Below, piece by piece: positions 43,195 through 57,317 of a stretch of DNA of 64,000 nucleotides. The notes under the pieces are model-generated. The model saw nothing but the letters and a program-made list of their open reading frames with translations, did no database searches and was not told the origin of the DNA. The position numbers and the translations under genes were made by a program. Each line of letters begins with the position of its first letter. Positions within the stretch are counted from its first letter, which is position 1. The DNA is from the human T2T-CHM13v2.0 reference genome, Homo sapiens: the NCBI RefSeq assembly GCF_009914755.1, contig NC_060927.1; one strand, given 5' to 3'.

Positions 43195-46100
43195 TAATTT
43201 ATTTGTGACATTAATGTGTGATCATAGCTGATCAAACACTGTTCTTTACGATATCTCTTCTGTTTATAATTCCTCAGTTAATTAACAAAATCGTCTTTAA
43301 CAAAACCAAAGACTCCAAAAAGAGACAATAATAAGCAAAACTAGACTGCAGAAATTTATGTAAATCTTTCATAAGGAAGAAAAAAATAATCGAGAGAAAT
43401 AACATTTTAGAAACATGTAGTGTGTCCTTTAAATGGTCATAGCAAGTATGTAGTTTTGACATGCACAGTAAAATATTTATTATTAGTGGAACTGGAGTTT
43501 GTGGGTGGAAGCACCAACTTCATTTTAGGTTTCCTTTCCTCTCTCTCTCTTTCAACCAATACAAGTTGATTTTTTTTAAACATTTATTTTATTTTTCTAT
43601 CTAAATGATTAGTGTTCAATCCCCCAGTTTCAGTTTTTTTCTGCTGGCTAAGCAATCCAGGGGAAACTTTCAATTTAAATTCTTATCAAGGAATTTTTAA
43701 GCTGATTATTCTAATAAGCACTTTACCAGCTCCCCCAAGGATTTTTGCAACCACCTCAAGCTTTTTACATTTCCATTCAAACTTTACTTTACATTGACTG
43801 ACATATCTTGGAAATTTCTGAAACTTCCCTCTTTCTGCCTATGTGTTATGCGGGAAGGGGTGGAGTGAAAATGTTATTTCTCCTTCAAACATAAAGTATC
43901 TAGTTTATATATGAGAGACTTTTGACTCTTCAGCTGAAATTCTTATTATTAGCCTGAAAAATTATGGTAAATTGTTCATAGGATTTTTAGTTTAAAAAGG
44001 TAAATCACGCAAAATGGAAAGAAACTTTTAAAGTGCAAATGCCTCCGTCATGTGACCAGGAAGTTTGGTATGAAAAATAATTCTAAAGAAGCTTATTCTA
44101 AACCGCTGAGACTTTGCTATATAAAGTGTTGCCTCCACTATAATGCTTGTATTTAACTGTATATATGTAAATAATTTGCTTAAACTTTGTATCTTCAGAA
44201 AATACAGAAAGACATATTTGGCACAAAATATTTAATAAGCATTTACTTATGAATTCTAAGACTATAGTTCTCAAATTTCGTGGACTTAAGAATTGCCACT
44301 AGTTGGTTTAAATATATTTCCGGGTTCCCCTACTCGGGAATTCTGATCAAAGAAGTCTAAGTGTGTTTAGTAATTTGCATTTTCATTTTTAATATACACT
44401 CAAAGTGATTCTGATGAAAGTACGAATAGTGCCAGCTTTTGCCAAAAAAAAAAAAAAACTAGCCTAGAAATAGTGAGTTCAATGAGAAAAAGATCTAAGT
44501 AAACCGTTGCCCTAATGTTCTTTGTCTCTACAAATGAAATGACAAGATAAAACAGTTGATAAAAAACAACTGTTTTATATGGATTCTTCAGGTACTTTTC
44601 CTCTGGATTGCATATGAAATTAGCAGTAGTATACTTGAAAAGAAATGTAAATGCACTTTACAAGATTTTCCTAACATTGCACATTTTATAGCACAAGTTC
44701 ATGAGAGCTATTAATTGCATTTGTGAATACAAACTATGTACTTCAAACAAAATTTTTGCCTCATGCATTGATTTTAAAGTTATGATTTGTATACAAATAA
44801 GGGATTTAAAACTCATCTGCAGTAGGATCAAAGCTTGTAAGGGAGAGTTGTGTTGTCAGCATCATGCATAAATATATTATACTTTCTCTTAGGGATAAAG
44901 CAACAAGAATATTTAATTATTGCAAATTTGTGGGGGGAGCAGTGTATAATATATTATTTACTGTGACATTTCATGGTAGATTAAGCAACATCATAGTAAT
45001 GCCAATGCAATTTAGAAGCTAAGGAATTAAAATAGAACTCCCCAGAGGACAGATGATCATAAAAAATATTGAGGTTTTATACCAAAACATTTCTTTGTTA
45101 AAAATTTAACTTTTCCTATATTTTTCTATAAAATAGCTAGATGAACCTTATGCTACAAAATAAAATTGTATTCTTTTGTAATGTGAATAAAGCTCAGTTG
45201 TTTAAAAGTAAATAACCCAACAAACCTGTTTCCAGAGTTTTTGATATTAGAGGGAGGTAGTCTATTTGCAGTAAGGACTGATATATTTTAAAATATCCTA
45301 ATTACTGATCTCTCTTATTCTTTTGATGATGGCCTTTCACACAAAGATAATCAAAGACAATTATATTTATTTATACAATAACAAGATCTTTTAGTTAAAA
45401 GTTTCGATACTGTTAGTGGCAGAAGACCTGAGATCCTTTGAAATAAAGAATAATATGTTTACATTTTCAAGGGATATTAGAAAACGTAAAAAATTTACAT
45501 ATCACAATGACTTATACAACAGAAAAGGGCTTTTGAACTTGCCCTATGCATTTTAGAAGTGATCTTAAATTGCCATTTATGTTGAGGACGTTGCTTTGTC
45601 CCTAATGCCCCCACTCCAAAGAAGCAATGAGAACAAAGAAGCCAGAGTGCTGTTTACAGCAACCAAGATAAATTGTGTGGGGACTAGGGACAAGCCTGGA
45701 ATACGAAAAAAATTTCACAAAAGTATGCCTGCAGAAATTTGTTTCTTCTAGTACATGATATGTATCACATTATAAGTCTATATGTATACACATATGTATG
45801 AAATATGGATATTAGGAAGAGGTATATGGTTCTTAAAACTATCATCAATGAACAATTCTGGAGCTAAATAATTGTATCAGGGAAAAGTCCTATATCTCTG
45901 TCTCATTATCTTGACTATGCTATGTGGATCTTAATGAGAATAGTAAAAAATAGGGTGAATCTTTATTTTTGACTATCTCAGCTTTTTCAATTGTGCTTTA
46001 TTCAAATAAAGTCTCTGATTATGAAAATCTGTGATATGCATGTCAAATTTGAGATTCAGCATGAGATGATTATATCCTAACATGTAGAAAAATGTTCAAT

Positions 46101-46841
46101 TATGTAGCTAATTGAAAAGCTTAAAAAAAACTTTATAAAATGCAGTAAGGATTAAAAAAAGGTAAAGCTTTGGGTTTTAAATTTTTAAGTCATATGGAGT
46201 TACATTTTGTACCCATTTATTTCTTTCTAGCTATTTCTTATTGCATAGAGTATTTAGACAAAACCGATTTGGAAATTTACTAAATTTACTCTACAAAATC
46301 CTGTTTGGAAATCCTGAAGTTTGTTTTATACTTGTTCATTTATACTCCAGTTTCTATGCTACTGCTATCACCACCTCCTGAAATGTACCCTGCACACAAC
46401 TCACTCATATTCAAACACGAATCGAGGCCCAACACCAGTACTTGGCTCTTCTTTGGGATTTTCAGTTGTCTATATTTTAAACGATGTCACCAACCTATGT
46501 TAAGAAAGTCACAAGACCTAATCAAATGTAGGCAGAATAGAATGGTTAAAAGAGGTGGGGATTCTATTACTAGCTTTTAGATTAGTTAGCCATGCAACTT
46601 TTATCCATCTATCACATAGCTGTTTAATTATTTTAAACTAACGGTTGCTGGAAGTTACCAGGCAGGTGCTATTTATAGCAAGAAAGATGACCTGGTTATT
46701 ATCTTCAAAAAACCTTTAAGGGTATAAAGGTCTTATATAGATTCTTCAATCAAAAGTCAGAGAAGTTGGACTAGATTACTTCTGAACTCCCTTAAACTCT
46801 AATATTCTATAAGTACAAGGCCAGATACTGTGCTGGTCTAG

Positions 46842-47005
46842 AGCAGTGCTTTTAAATTTTAATTTGCCAAGAATAACCTAGGGATCTTGGTCAAATGAAA
46901 GTTCATATTTAGAAGGTCTATGATGGATCTGAGATGCTGCAATTTTGACAAGCTTCTAGGAAGTATAAGTATCAATGTTGCTGGTTCCTTAGACATACTT
47001 TAAGT
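46842..47005. mobile_element. MER5A-like hAT-Charlie element
   Basis: cagtgcttttaaattttaa...gaataacctaggg...ctgagatgctgcaattttgacaagc...gctggttc. Confidence 0.65.
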
Positions 47006-47189
47006 AGGAAGGTACTGGAACCAAAGCTATACCACACGGTTATATATTTTCAAATAATAAATACAAGTTTTATTATAAACATTATTTGTTTTTTCAGTAA
47101 ATATCAAGCCTCGAACATCTCTTATGCCTTTCCTAAATTGATTTTGAACTGTCTTTACCAGTATAATATAAATTAAAATTATGCCAGTC

Positions 47190-47500
47190 CAGGAAATATT
47201 TAGTGCAGTGAAGTTATTCTGTATAATAAAGTAATGGTAGCTACCTATCATTATACATTTGTCAAAATCCATAGAATTTACAAGACAAAAAGTGAACCCT
47301 AATGTAAACTATGAATTTTAGTTAATAATAATATATCAATTTTGGTCCCTCAGATATAACAGCTATATCACAGTAATGCAAGCTATTAATAGGAGAAACT
47401 TGGTGGGGCTAAGAGATGATACAAGAATTCTACTTTTGGCTCAATTTTTCTATTAACCTAAAGCTGCTCAAAAAATAAAGCCTGTTAATTAAAAAAAATA
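47190..47500 (+). mobile_element. L1MC 3' end
   Basis: cattatacatttgtcaaaatccatagaa...gtgaaccctaatgtaaactatg...aaaaataaag. Confidence 0.8.
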
Positions 47501-48204
47501 ATACAGGCAAATGTTACTTAAGTTTCTTATGGCAAATGTTCCAAGGTCTATTATAGTTCAAGGTTTCATCCAACGATTAATGAATGCAATAACTTTTTAT
47601 GTTTCTCTTAGTTACATTATATTTTTTTAGGTGTATCATGCTTTCTAAATCACATTTTATTTAAAAGAAAAATAGGTAAATTGTTAAAATCTCCAAAAAG
47701 TTGAATAATTCTTGTGTCTATTGAAACATTCATAAATAGAGTAACAAAATAAATAAACTCAGATTTTACATGTATACTTCACTCTCATTTCCTTCAAGTT
47801 AATTTTTGCAATGGGAGCTGGGTATTATGAAGTGGTCACACAAAGCAGTTTATTTTCTGATAATTTAGAAGTGAAGATAGTAACCATTTAATTATAGTAG
47901 TTAAATGGAATTTATCCATCTATACTTTTTCTCAATATCATGGCTATATTTGACCTACCTTTCTAATTTTTAAAGCTTGTTTGGTTCATTTTGAGAGGGG
48001 AAAAAAAAAATGAGAAGGGTTGGGAACAGAAAGTTCAAAGAGAGCCCAAATAAGTACACTCAGCAATTTTGTGGCCTGCTGGTTTAAACTGCCCTGATTT
48101 ATGAAGATTCATATTTCCACATTGTCCAGACTGGTCTAACTCATTTAGACTAGCCACTCATTGCACAACATTGACCACATTCTTTGAATAAAACATGCAG
48201 TGAG

Positions 48205-48537
<333 letters not shown>

Positions 48538-48845
48538 CTATTCTTGGGTTACACATATTCTATAAAACCATGTTTGAGAGACCATCTTTGTTTTTGTATA
48601 TTTGAAGCTTGCATAAAAGAAGCTTAAGCTAGATGGAATAAAGAGACCCATTTTTCTCTTCTCCCTACTCCTACAAACTTCTATCATATTAGGACAGTTG
48701 CCACCTAGATTTTTTTCCTTATTTTTCATATGTATTGTGTAACTGCAAAAAGTATCTTAGGCCTTGTTATAGAAATATGACGAGTATAACTACAACTACT
48801 AATAATAAACCTGCCTTTTTATCATTAAACTTGGTATCTACTAAA

Positions 48846-49040
48846 TCAATGGTTTTCAAACTTTGGTGTGCTTCAGAATCACCTGGAGAGTTTTTTCAAA
48901 GCCAGATTTCTGATATTCTGCATCCACGGGCATTCTGATTCCGTAGGTCAGGGGCGGGGTTTATGAATTTGTATTTCTGACAAGCTTGTAGGAGATGTAC
49001 TAGTGTTTTTCGCCTCAGGAACACAGTTTGAAAAACCACA
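48846..49040. mobile_element. MER5A
   Basis: caatggttttcaaactttggtgtgcttcagaatcacctggag...ttctgattccgtaggtc...tttgaaaaaccac. Confidence 0.75.
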
Positions 49041-51287
49041 TATTTAACCAAAAAGTTGATAACAAATTTTGCCAAAGCTTCAAGGGATTAAAAGGTTTTC
49101 ACAGTGGGGAGAGATTCCAGTTATGACACTTAGGACCAAGTTACAGTTAGGGCCAAGTTTTCTTCCTGGAATCTTTTTAGAAGAAAGCAGTGAAGGGGAG
49201 AAAAACTGCTTGCCATTCTACATGTTTACACAGATACTCAATTTTCTCTCAAACTTTTGCTGCACTAAAATTACAAGTAACTTCTAATACCCTCTTGACT
49301 TTATAGATGCATCTACTTACCCATCTGTAGGTGGATAGTATTTTCTGAAATATGTGTCACAGTCATTGATCTGTAAAATATATGTTATATTTAGTTCTAC
49401 CTTTTGTCTTAGAAAAGAATGCATGAGAAAATGACAAATGGGACATAGGTAACTTATGTAATTTCCATAGAGAACATGGGGTGAAGTGATGATGAAATTT
49501 GTAGAATTTCTATTTGTATGTCCCATGGGGGAAAAAAATTATAGCCCCAACTACTCCTCTGGAGCAAAACACATAATATGCTCCATGGCAAAATCAGGGC
49601 ATATTTTTTTTCTTCCAGGTTTTCAGTTTGAAATTGTAATGAATGGACTCAAACCAAGACAAAGTATTAAAAACGTGAAACAGAAAATCTTTATGCCTTG
49701 ATAAAGACAGCCATAAAACATTTCTGTTAATCACATTACTGAGTGCTTACTTTAAACAAACAAAACATAAAAGATAATATTAAAGATACGGTTAAATATA
49801 AGGATGACTCAGAATGTGATAAATAAGACTTTTTCAATTCATAAGAGCTGATGCTCATTGTACCTATGTTATCTTATAAAATAAGTGTTGTATTTGTGTT
49901 TCATTTTTTTTTAAGACAAGGTAAAAATTGAGTGGGAGTTCTGTGAACCACTGACCTCCTAACAGCTTTGATTTCACAAAAATTCACTTGCCATAGCAAT
50001 AATGGGGATGCATAATTTTTATTCTTATTTAAATAGCAGAAAATACAGTCTTCACCCAAAGCACAGTGTGAATGTCTATTAATATTTTAAACTTAGTGAT
50101 TAAAGGAATTTTAGAGCTGAGGTGAAAATGAGATGCTATAATGTGATTTTGAGAAAAGGGGTATGCATCATTGAAGAATTTTAGGCTGCAAGACAGGCAG
50201 AGCCAGGGAATGTTAGTGGATTTTACTTCCTGGAGGTCTGCCTGCTTTCAGTACATTCTTTGTTATTATATACCCTAATTTTGTATTTATTCCTGTTGTT
50301 AAAAATGGAGCAGTTAGTGTTAAAAATGATCATCATTTATTGCTTGTTGCTTTAATGTATTTCTGTATACAAGTGTTTCTATTTTTAAGAGTGTAGGCGA
50401 TATTTAGGAATGAATTTAAATTATGGTTGTCATCTCTTCAAATTAATTATTTAACGTGTAGAAATTAATTCATGCAGAAGAATCAGTTTTCAAAGCCAAA
50501 GAAGGATGGGAAACATTCACTCTCTTATGCTCCATATGAAGTTGAGTGTTGATTACTAAAAATTAGTCTTTTGTGGTAAGTTTGCCACATGTCCTACAAA
50601 TGTACATGAAAACTGATTACCTACACCTCATGGTCCTGAATCTTTTCCTTTTTATCTCTGCTTCAGAATTTACAATTCAGCACATTATTTGTGCTTTGCT
50701 GATATGTACAGTACTGTGTTTTGCTTCATTTACCATATTTACTCACATATTGTTCACTATTGAGTAATTGCTGTCTGTAGATTTTTGTATAGGTTAATTT
50801 GAATCGAGCAGCTTACAAAGCAAGAAAGAAAAGGGCAGCAATTACACAAGTAAATACAGCATTCTGTTTAATCAGTATGGTGGCACTAAGTATCAAAACG
50901 AACATTCGTTTTATCTATTTCTTGACATTTTCTGTTGCTATTGTTTCACAGAAAAAAGGAGACAGACAAAAACATAGTAAGTTGGTTTGTACCTTACTTG
51001 TCACTGATAACTTCAATTTTTATCTTCTTTATTCTTTCCCGAAGGGATTGACATTGGAGTTCAATGCAGATATTTGTGTGTACATATATATTGTGTTTCC
51101 ACATTTTAATTAAAAGGGTTATCTAATTATGTATTCTGATCTGCATATGTAAAAGTTTTAGAATGTGTACATAAATATACATGAACCACATATGGATTTT
51201 AATAAGTCGTTAATATTTTTAAAGTTTTTAATTTGCTAAAAAGTCTCAAAAATCATTATTATTCTGGAAAGCAAGAAGCAGGTTTAA

Positions 51288-51604
<317 letters not shown>

Positions 51605-51722
51605 AGTCTTTTAAAATACTTCCATATTATAGCTTCATTTAACCCTTATTTATATTGAAGTTTAATAGAATTGTTCATATATAAAGATTTTTGCGTATAT
51701 GTATATATTTTAGAGGTCATGT

Positions 51723-52461
51723 TGAAACGGGAGAGTTTCCTGACCCCCTTGTGAGATGGGCAACTGGGGTGTGTCTTTTTTATTTGGCTGGGCTCAAACC
51801 CCTTATGGGAGAGAGAACACACAGGTGAGCAGGTACAGGAGCTGGGGCGAGCGCTTTGGGGCTTCAACCCCACGGCAGTGTCTCGGGGTGTTACAATGCT
51901 CTTTTAGCCTTGTCATCCGGTAACAGCTTAAGTGTTAAGCAGCTCAGTGAAGAGTCAGTGTGACAGCCTTTTTGGGTTCCCGCACCCAGTGCATCCTGAA
52001 TTCTTCTCCTGCGTCCAGGAAGAATCAGGATACATGGACTTGAAGGAAGGTGAATGCAGGGATTTTATTGAGAGATGGAGGTGGCTTTCAGCAGGATGGG
52101 GAACTGGAGAGGGGATGGAGTGGGAAAATGATCTTCCCCCGGAGTTCGGCCATCCTAAGGCAGATTTCTTCTCAGACCTCCAGACAAACTCCTCTTGATG
52201 TTCAGATGCTTTCTCTCTTTTCTTCTCTGCCACCCTACTCTTCTCCTGTGCCACTCTACCACTCTTCTGCTCATGGTGCCTGGGGCTTGGGGTTTATATG
52301 GGCACATTATGGGCAGGGGAGGGGTGGTGGTGCGTGGTAAGCCAGAAGACAGTATTTGGGCATGAAAGCAGGAATGCCTGTTCTCATTTAGGGCCACGGG
52401 TCCAGACTTGAGGTTGGAGCCCTCACCAGAGTCCTTGTCCTTCTGCCTCCTGTCTGTATCA
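51723..52461 (-). mobile_element. LTR1/LTR27-family solo LTR (ERV1, HUERS-P-related)
   Basis: Reverse begins TGATACAGACAGGAG...GGCCCTAAATGAGAACAGGCATTCCTG, TATA-like CCCATATAAACCCC; 4-bp TSD ATGT (51719-22, 52462-65). Confidence 0.85.
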
Positions 52462-54386
52462 ATGTGACTAATTAATGAATCTTAGCTTTTGTCTGTTTGT
52501 AAACCAAAGATAGGAAAGGGAAATATAATAATCATGATTGGCCTACGAATAATAATCTAGATTCACCTCTGAAGCTATGGAAAGACTCAACCTACCCTAA
52601 AGCTCATGGTATTATGAATCTGCTAGCAAAGAAATATAATCAGGTGAGTGGCTATTGGATGTCTGCCTCAATTAGCAACTTCCTTTTTGCAACATAATTA
52701 TTTTGGTTTCTGTCCTTGCCATTGCCCAGAGACTGATGTGGTCCCTCTAACATCCAACAGCATGCACGTCTCATTGCTATGCATTCTCTCAGTCTTAGTT
52801 TTATTTCCTGCATTTTGGGTTTTGTTTATGAATCTAATTACAGTGTAACCATTTACTCGTGTCTACTTAAGTAGACTTGACAGGTCCCAAACAATTACTT
52901 TCCAAAAGCTTTTACTTTGTCTTCCCTATCAGATTCAACTTTTGGCTTTTATTTCAATAAATCTATAGTACCTTCTTGAATCCTCTTTCAACCTCGTTCT
53001 TTCCTGTCCTTTGGCATCCGATTCCTGATAAGAGTAAATCTGCATTGCCATAAATTGTGTTTGAAAAATAAAATGAAATGAACTTATCATTATTATTATA
53101 GTTGAAGGTGTAAAATATTGCCAATAAACTAACACTACTGGAGAGATTTTTCTGAGAAATAGATTTTAAGTCTATTTCTATAGAGAAATTTTTAAATAAA
53201 TTCATTTCACACATTTAAAATGTTACACATCAGAATCTTAAAGTAGCATTAGTAATTTGGAACTGATTTGAGATTGAAGAGATATTTATTTTGTATTATG
53301 TTTAAAAGCATATAGAGATAGTAGATTTAAAAAATTATATTTGAAAAATAATATATATGTCTTCTATATAAACATATATAAGAATATATATTATTTCTTA
53401 ATTACAAAGAAATATAAACTATTGTTTTTTCTCTTTAATGTCCCCACCTTCCAACTTCTTGCCTGTATATTTATACATAAAACTACTATTCTTAGTTGAC
53501 AAGTATTAGGACAGAGCTGAAATAAAGGGCTTTGGCTCTCCTGTCATGTATTTCCAGCATCACCCCAATTGATGGGCTCTAACTGGCTTCCTGAATGGTT
53601 TTCAACACTGTGTGTTCATTGTTCAAGAAGAGTTGTTAGAGCGTCCTGTGAAATGCAAACAGCAAAATTTGCTAATTACAACAAAAATGTCTTAAATATT
53701 TTCAAATATGTAATTGCTGTTGTTCTCTTTGAGGAAATGTGTTTTTTCTACGCCTACTTAAAAATCTCTTTGATTTCATATGATTTCTAATGTTTAAAAA
53801 TTATCATTTTTGTGACTAAATTGGTACTTACTAGCCTACATAAAATGTTTTAATAGACTTTTTGGACACTAGAATATAATTAATTCCAAATAATATATAT
53901 TTGCTTACATACATTTGCCTGTATATACTAGCCTTGATATAATCATATTTTGACATAATTTAATAATATATTGATTCACTTAGGACTCCATTAATGAGAA
54001 CCTCAAGACTCAAGGATAGCATTGCCAAAAGTGCTGTAATAAAAAACTTAAAAAAAGAATTCATCTAAAATTTCTCCAAATAAGAGAAATACATGTTTTA
54101 TTACGATATAAATGAAAGAGGTCACGAACATATTCTATTTACTCAAAAGAGTAGTTGGGAAATTTCTAATCAGTACCTTTGCCCGTTTCCCCATCTTCTC
54201 CATCATGCATGTTTCAACAAATTAATTCTAAATAGAAAGTGATGTAGGGTTCAAAAGAGAATGTTCAGCTATAAATTACCAGACTTAATGATTCTCTCTT
54301 GGGAACGGTAACGGTTAGTCAAAAGAGCTGAAGCAGTAAAATGTTTTTATCTTGTTCACATGAACTATTTTCAGCTCTTGTTTTCC

Positions 54387-54686
54387 TTTTATTTTTAGTT
54401 GATGCATAGTAATTGTACATATTTATGGGCTACACAGTGTTATTTCCATACATTTATACAATGGGTAATGATCAAATCAGGTAATTAACATATCCATTAC
54501 CTCAAATATGTATCTATTTTGTGTGTGTTTGGAACATTAGAAATCTCCTTTATCTTTTTGAAAGTACACAATAAATTATTTTTAAATATATTCTCGCTAT
54601 GGTGCTATTGAACACTTGAACTTATTCCACCTATCTATCTATAATTTTATATCCATTAACTTAACTCTCATTATCCACCCCTCTCA
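54387..54686 (-). mobile_element. L1MA 3' end
   Basis: gtacatatttatgggctac...aatgatcaaatcaggtaatt...gaacttattcc. Confidence 0.85.
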
Positions 54687-54711
54687 GTCATTTTTGTTTT
54701 AAATCACCAAG

Positions 54712-55110
54712 TGTTGGGTTGATCAGATCCAACACCAGGTCTTGCGGGTGACAAAGTCCAGTGGAGTCAAAGGATTGAGAAAAAGACAGTTTGAGAGATA
54801 AAGGTGGGACACCAGGGGGCCATCGCCATCGTGGAGGCTGTGAAGGCCCTGAGCTCTGGGAGCCCACCGTATTTATTGGTAATCCAACAAATAAACAGGT
54901 GGTGATAATGTGGAGGTCTAAAGGGCAGGCACATGATCTACAGCTGTGACAGTTTAGCATTTATATGGAACATGTTCTGCTACTTGAGAAAATGGGAATA
55001 AGAGCCTAAGAAGGCTAGAAGCAAACGGCCAGCAAGTCTAGACACATTCCAGAAGACCTTATGCAAGCCGTGCCTCAGTTTTCCTCCCAACACTCAGCTT
55101 TTTCTCAACA
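54712..55110 (-). mobile_element. LTR3 (HERV-K HML-6) solo LTR
   Basis: TGTTG...CAACA ends; reverse reads AAAAAGCTGAGTGTTGGGAG...AATAAATACGGTGGGCTCCCAGAGCTC; 6-bp TSD accaag/accatg, as expected for betaretroviruses. Confidence 0.9.
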
Positions 55111-55158
55111 ACCATGTGCAGGCATAATGCAGCAATAATATCCTGATTTCAGGCTATC

Positions 55159-55457
55159 TTTTTTTTTTCTTTTTTTTTATGTTTTGAGACTGAGTCCTGC
55201 TCTTTCACTGGGGCTTGAGAGTAGTGGCATGAACATGGCTCACTGCAGCCTCGACCTCTTAGGCTCAAGCAATCTCCCTGCCTCAGCCTCCCATGTAGCC
55301 GAGAACACAGATGTGCACCATCACACACAGCTTATTTTTTGTAGAGACGTTCTTATTTTGTTGCCCTGGCTGATCTCCAGCTGCTGGGCTCAAGAGACCC
55401 TACTGCCTCTGCCTCCCAAAGTGCAGGGATTACAGGCATGAGGCACTGAGCCCAGGC
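55159..55457 (-). mobile_element. AluJ
   Basis: ctcactgcagcctcgacctc; dimeric and diverged. Confidence 0.9.
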
Positions 55458-55494
55458 TTTATACTATTTTTTTAAAAAAATATCAATATGTTGT

Positions 55495-55740
55495 TTTATT
55501 TTTTTAATTAAAAAATAACTTTCGTGGGTACACCGTAGGTGTATATATTTACGGGGTGCATGAGATGTTTTGATACAGGCATGTAATAAAAAATAATCAC
55601 ATAATGGAGAATAGGGTATCCATCCCCTCAAGCATTATCTTTTGTGTCACAAACCATCCCATTACACTCTTATAGTTATTTTAAAATGTACAATTAAGTT
55701 ATTATTGACTATAGTCACCCAGTTGTGCTTTCAAATGCAG
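55495..55740 (-). mobile_element. L1MA (L1MA2-like) 3' end
   Basis: gtaggtgtatatatttacgggg...ggtatccatcccctcaagcatt...ttgactatagtcaccc. Confidence 0.85.
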
Positions 55741-55921
55741 ACTATCTTTTAAGAATTTTGTGTAATAAAAATTTCCATATGTTTCTGTAAAGTAGAGGAA
55801 GTCTGGGAAAAGATCCAGAACTACCTGCTTTAACAGGAACATGAACATAGCTCCCCCAAAGAAAGACATTGACATGCTAAAATTATTAAAGTGATAATTT
55901 GATATTATATATATGTATATA

Positions 55922-56008
55922 TTTGAGACTGAGTCTTGCACTGTCACATGGGCTGGTGTGCAATGGTGTGATCTTGGCTCACTCTAAACTCCACCTCCTG
56001 AGTTCACA
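55922..56008 (-). mobile_element. Alu right-arm fragment
   Basis: ttgagactgagtcttgcactgtc...gatcttggctcact...ctcctgagttca. Confidence 0.75.
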
Positions 56009-57317
56009 CCTGTTTATCCCACCTATTTATCAAATTATTTCTAAGAGGAAAAGGATTCATAGGATGTTTCCATGTATATGACTAATTTGTATATCTAAAT
56101 TATATTTAATCTACAGAATCCTTGTTCGGGACCATTAACACCAAGAAATATTTGAGTTGAAACATTACTCACTGATGTATTGGAACTATATATATATATA
56201 TATATATGTATAATAAGTTTGTAGCTACCATTATTTGAGGGTAAATGCCAACATTTATGAGAAAACACATCTGACTAAATGGCTGGTCCAACAATTAGTC
56301 CAATAATTAAACTGGGTGGAATGTGGTAGCTGAATATGTTTTGTGAATTAAAATTGTCTTATGAGAAGATATGCCCACCATTCTCCTCTTTGTAATTTGT
56401 TTACTAGATTCTAGATTTTTGAGAGGTTAAGCGTCTAGGTTTTAGCTTCTTTTCAGAGTACAAAAGATAACAGCTGGCCAATCAATCCATATAATAGTCT
56501 AAAAGTCAACACTAGATAATAATACCCTTTATAAAAGCATTCAGTTTGAGTCATCACCTTCTGAATTAATTCTAAAATATGAGGAAATGACACAGCAGGT
56601 ATTGCTTGTGTTTGAGATCCTTCAATTGTAATGTAACAGCTATATTATCAAATCATCCTTGGAAACTGCTATCTTCCAGCAGTTTATGAAAGTCATAATA
56701 GTGCCAGCATTATCACCAACAAATCATCTATTTCATGCAAAAACTTCTGTCATCATTTTGAATCCGTTTAAATCTCTGTGTGCAGACTATTTAAAACATG
56801 TTTCCTACTAATAGTTAGTTGCATTTTACTTTGATTAATTCTAACATTAAGGGAATAATCATTTTTCAGTCCGTATACGTGAAACATAGAAACCTTTGTT
56901 TTGTGCATTCTGCAGCTATAACTTCAATGGAATTGAATGACTTGTGATATCTCATTCAAAGCTAGGAAGAAAGTTGTTTCTAGTTAACTCAGGGATGGCT
57001 TTTGCATTATTTCAACCATAGTTAGGTACTTATTCCTCTTGTTATTCTCTTAGTGCTGTTCCATAAATGACTACTAAGTCATCTTGTCCAAAATGTGCCA
57101 TAATTAGTGTGATGCTGGTTATTTCACTATGAACTGTTGAGTACTTTCTCACATGAATTATAGAATTCATATTGACCAAAAGTGTGTGTATAATTTATAC
57201 CTAAATTGTAAAAAAAAAAGGCACAGAGTAAAGTGTTCATGAAAATATATATACTTGAACTTAAATAGTCAATAATAGCTAAACTACATTTTCATCAAAG
57301 GTAAAATGCAAAAATTG

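Noticed and set aside
52861-52876. 16-bp palindrome GTCTACTTAAGTAGAC
   Set aside because: Same chance expectation.
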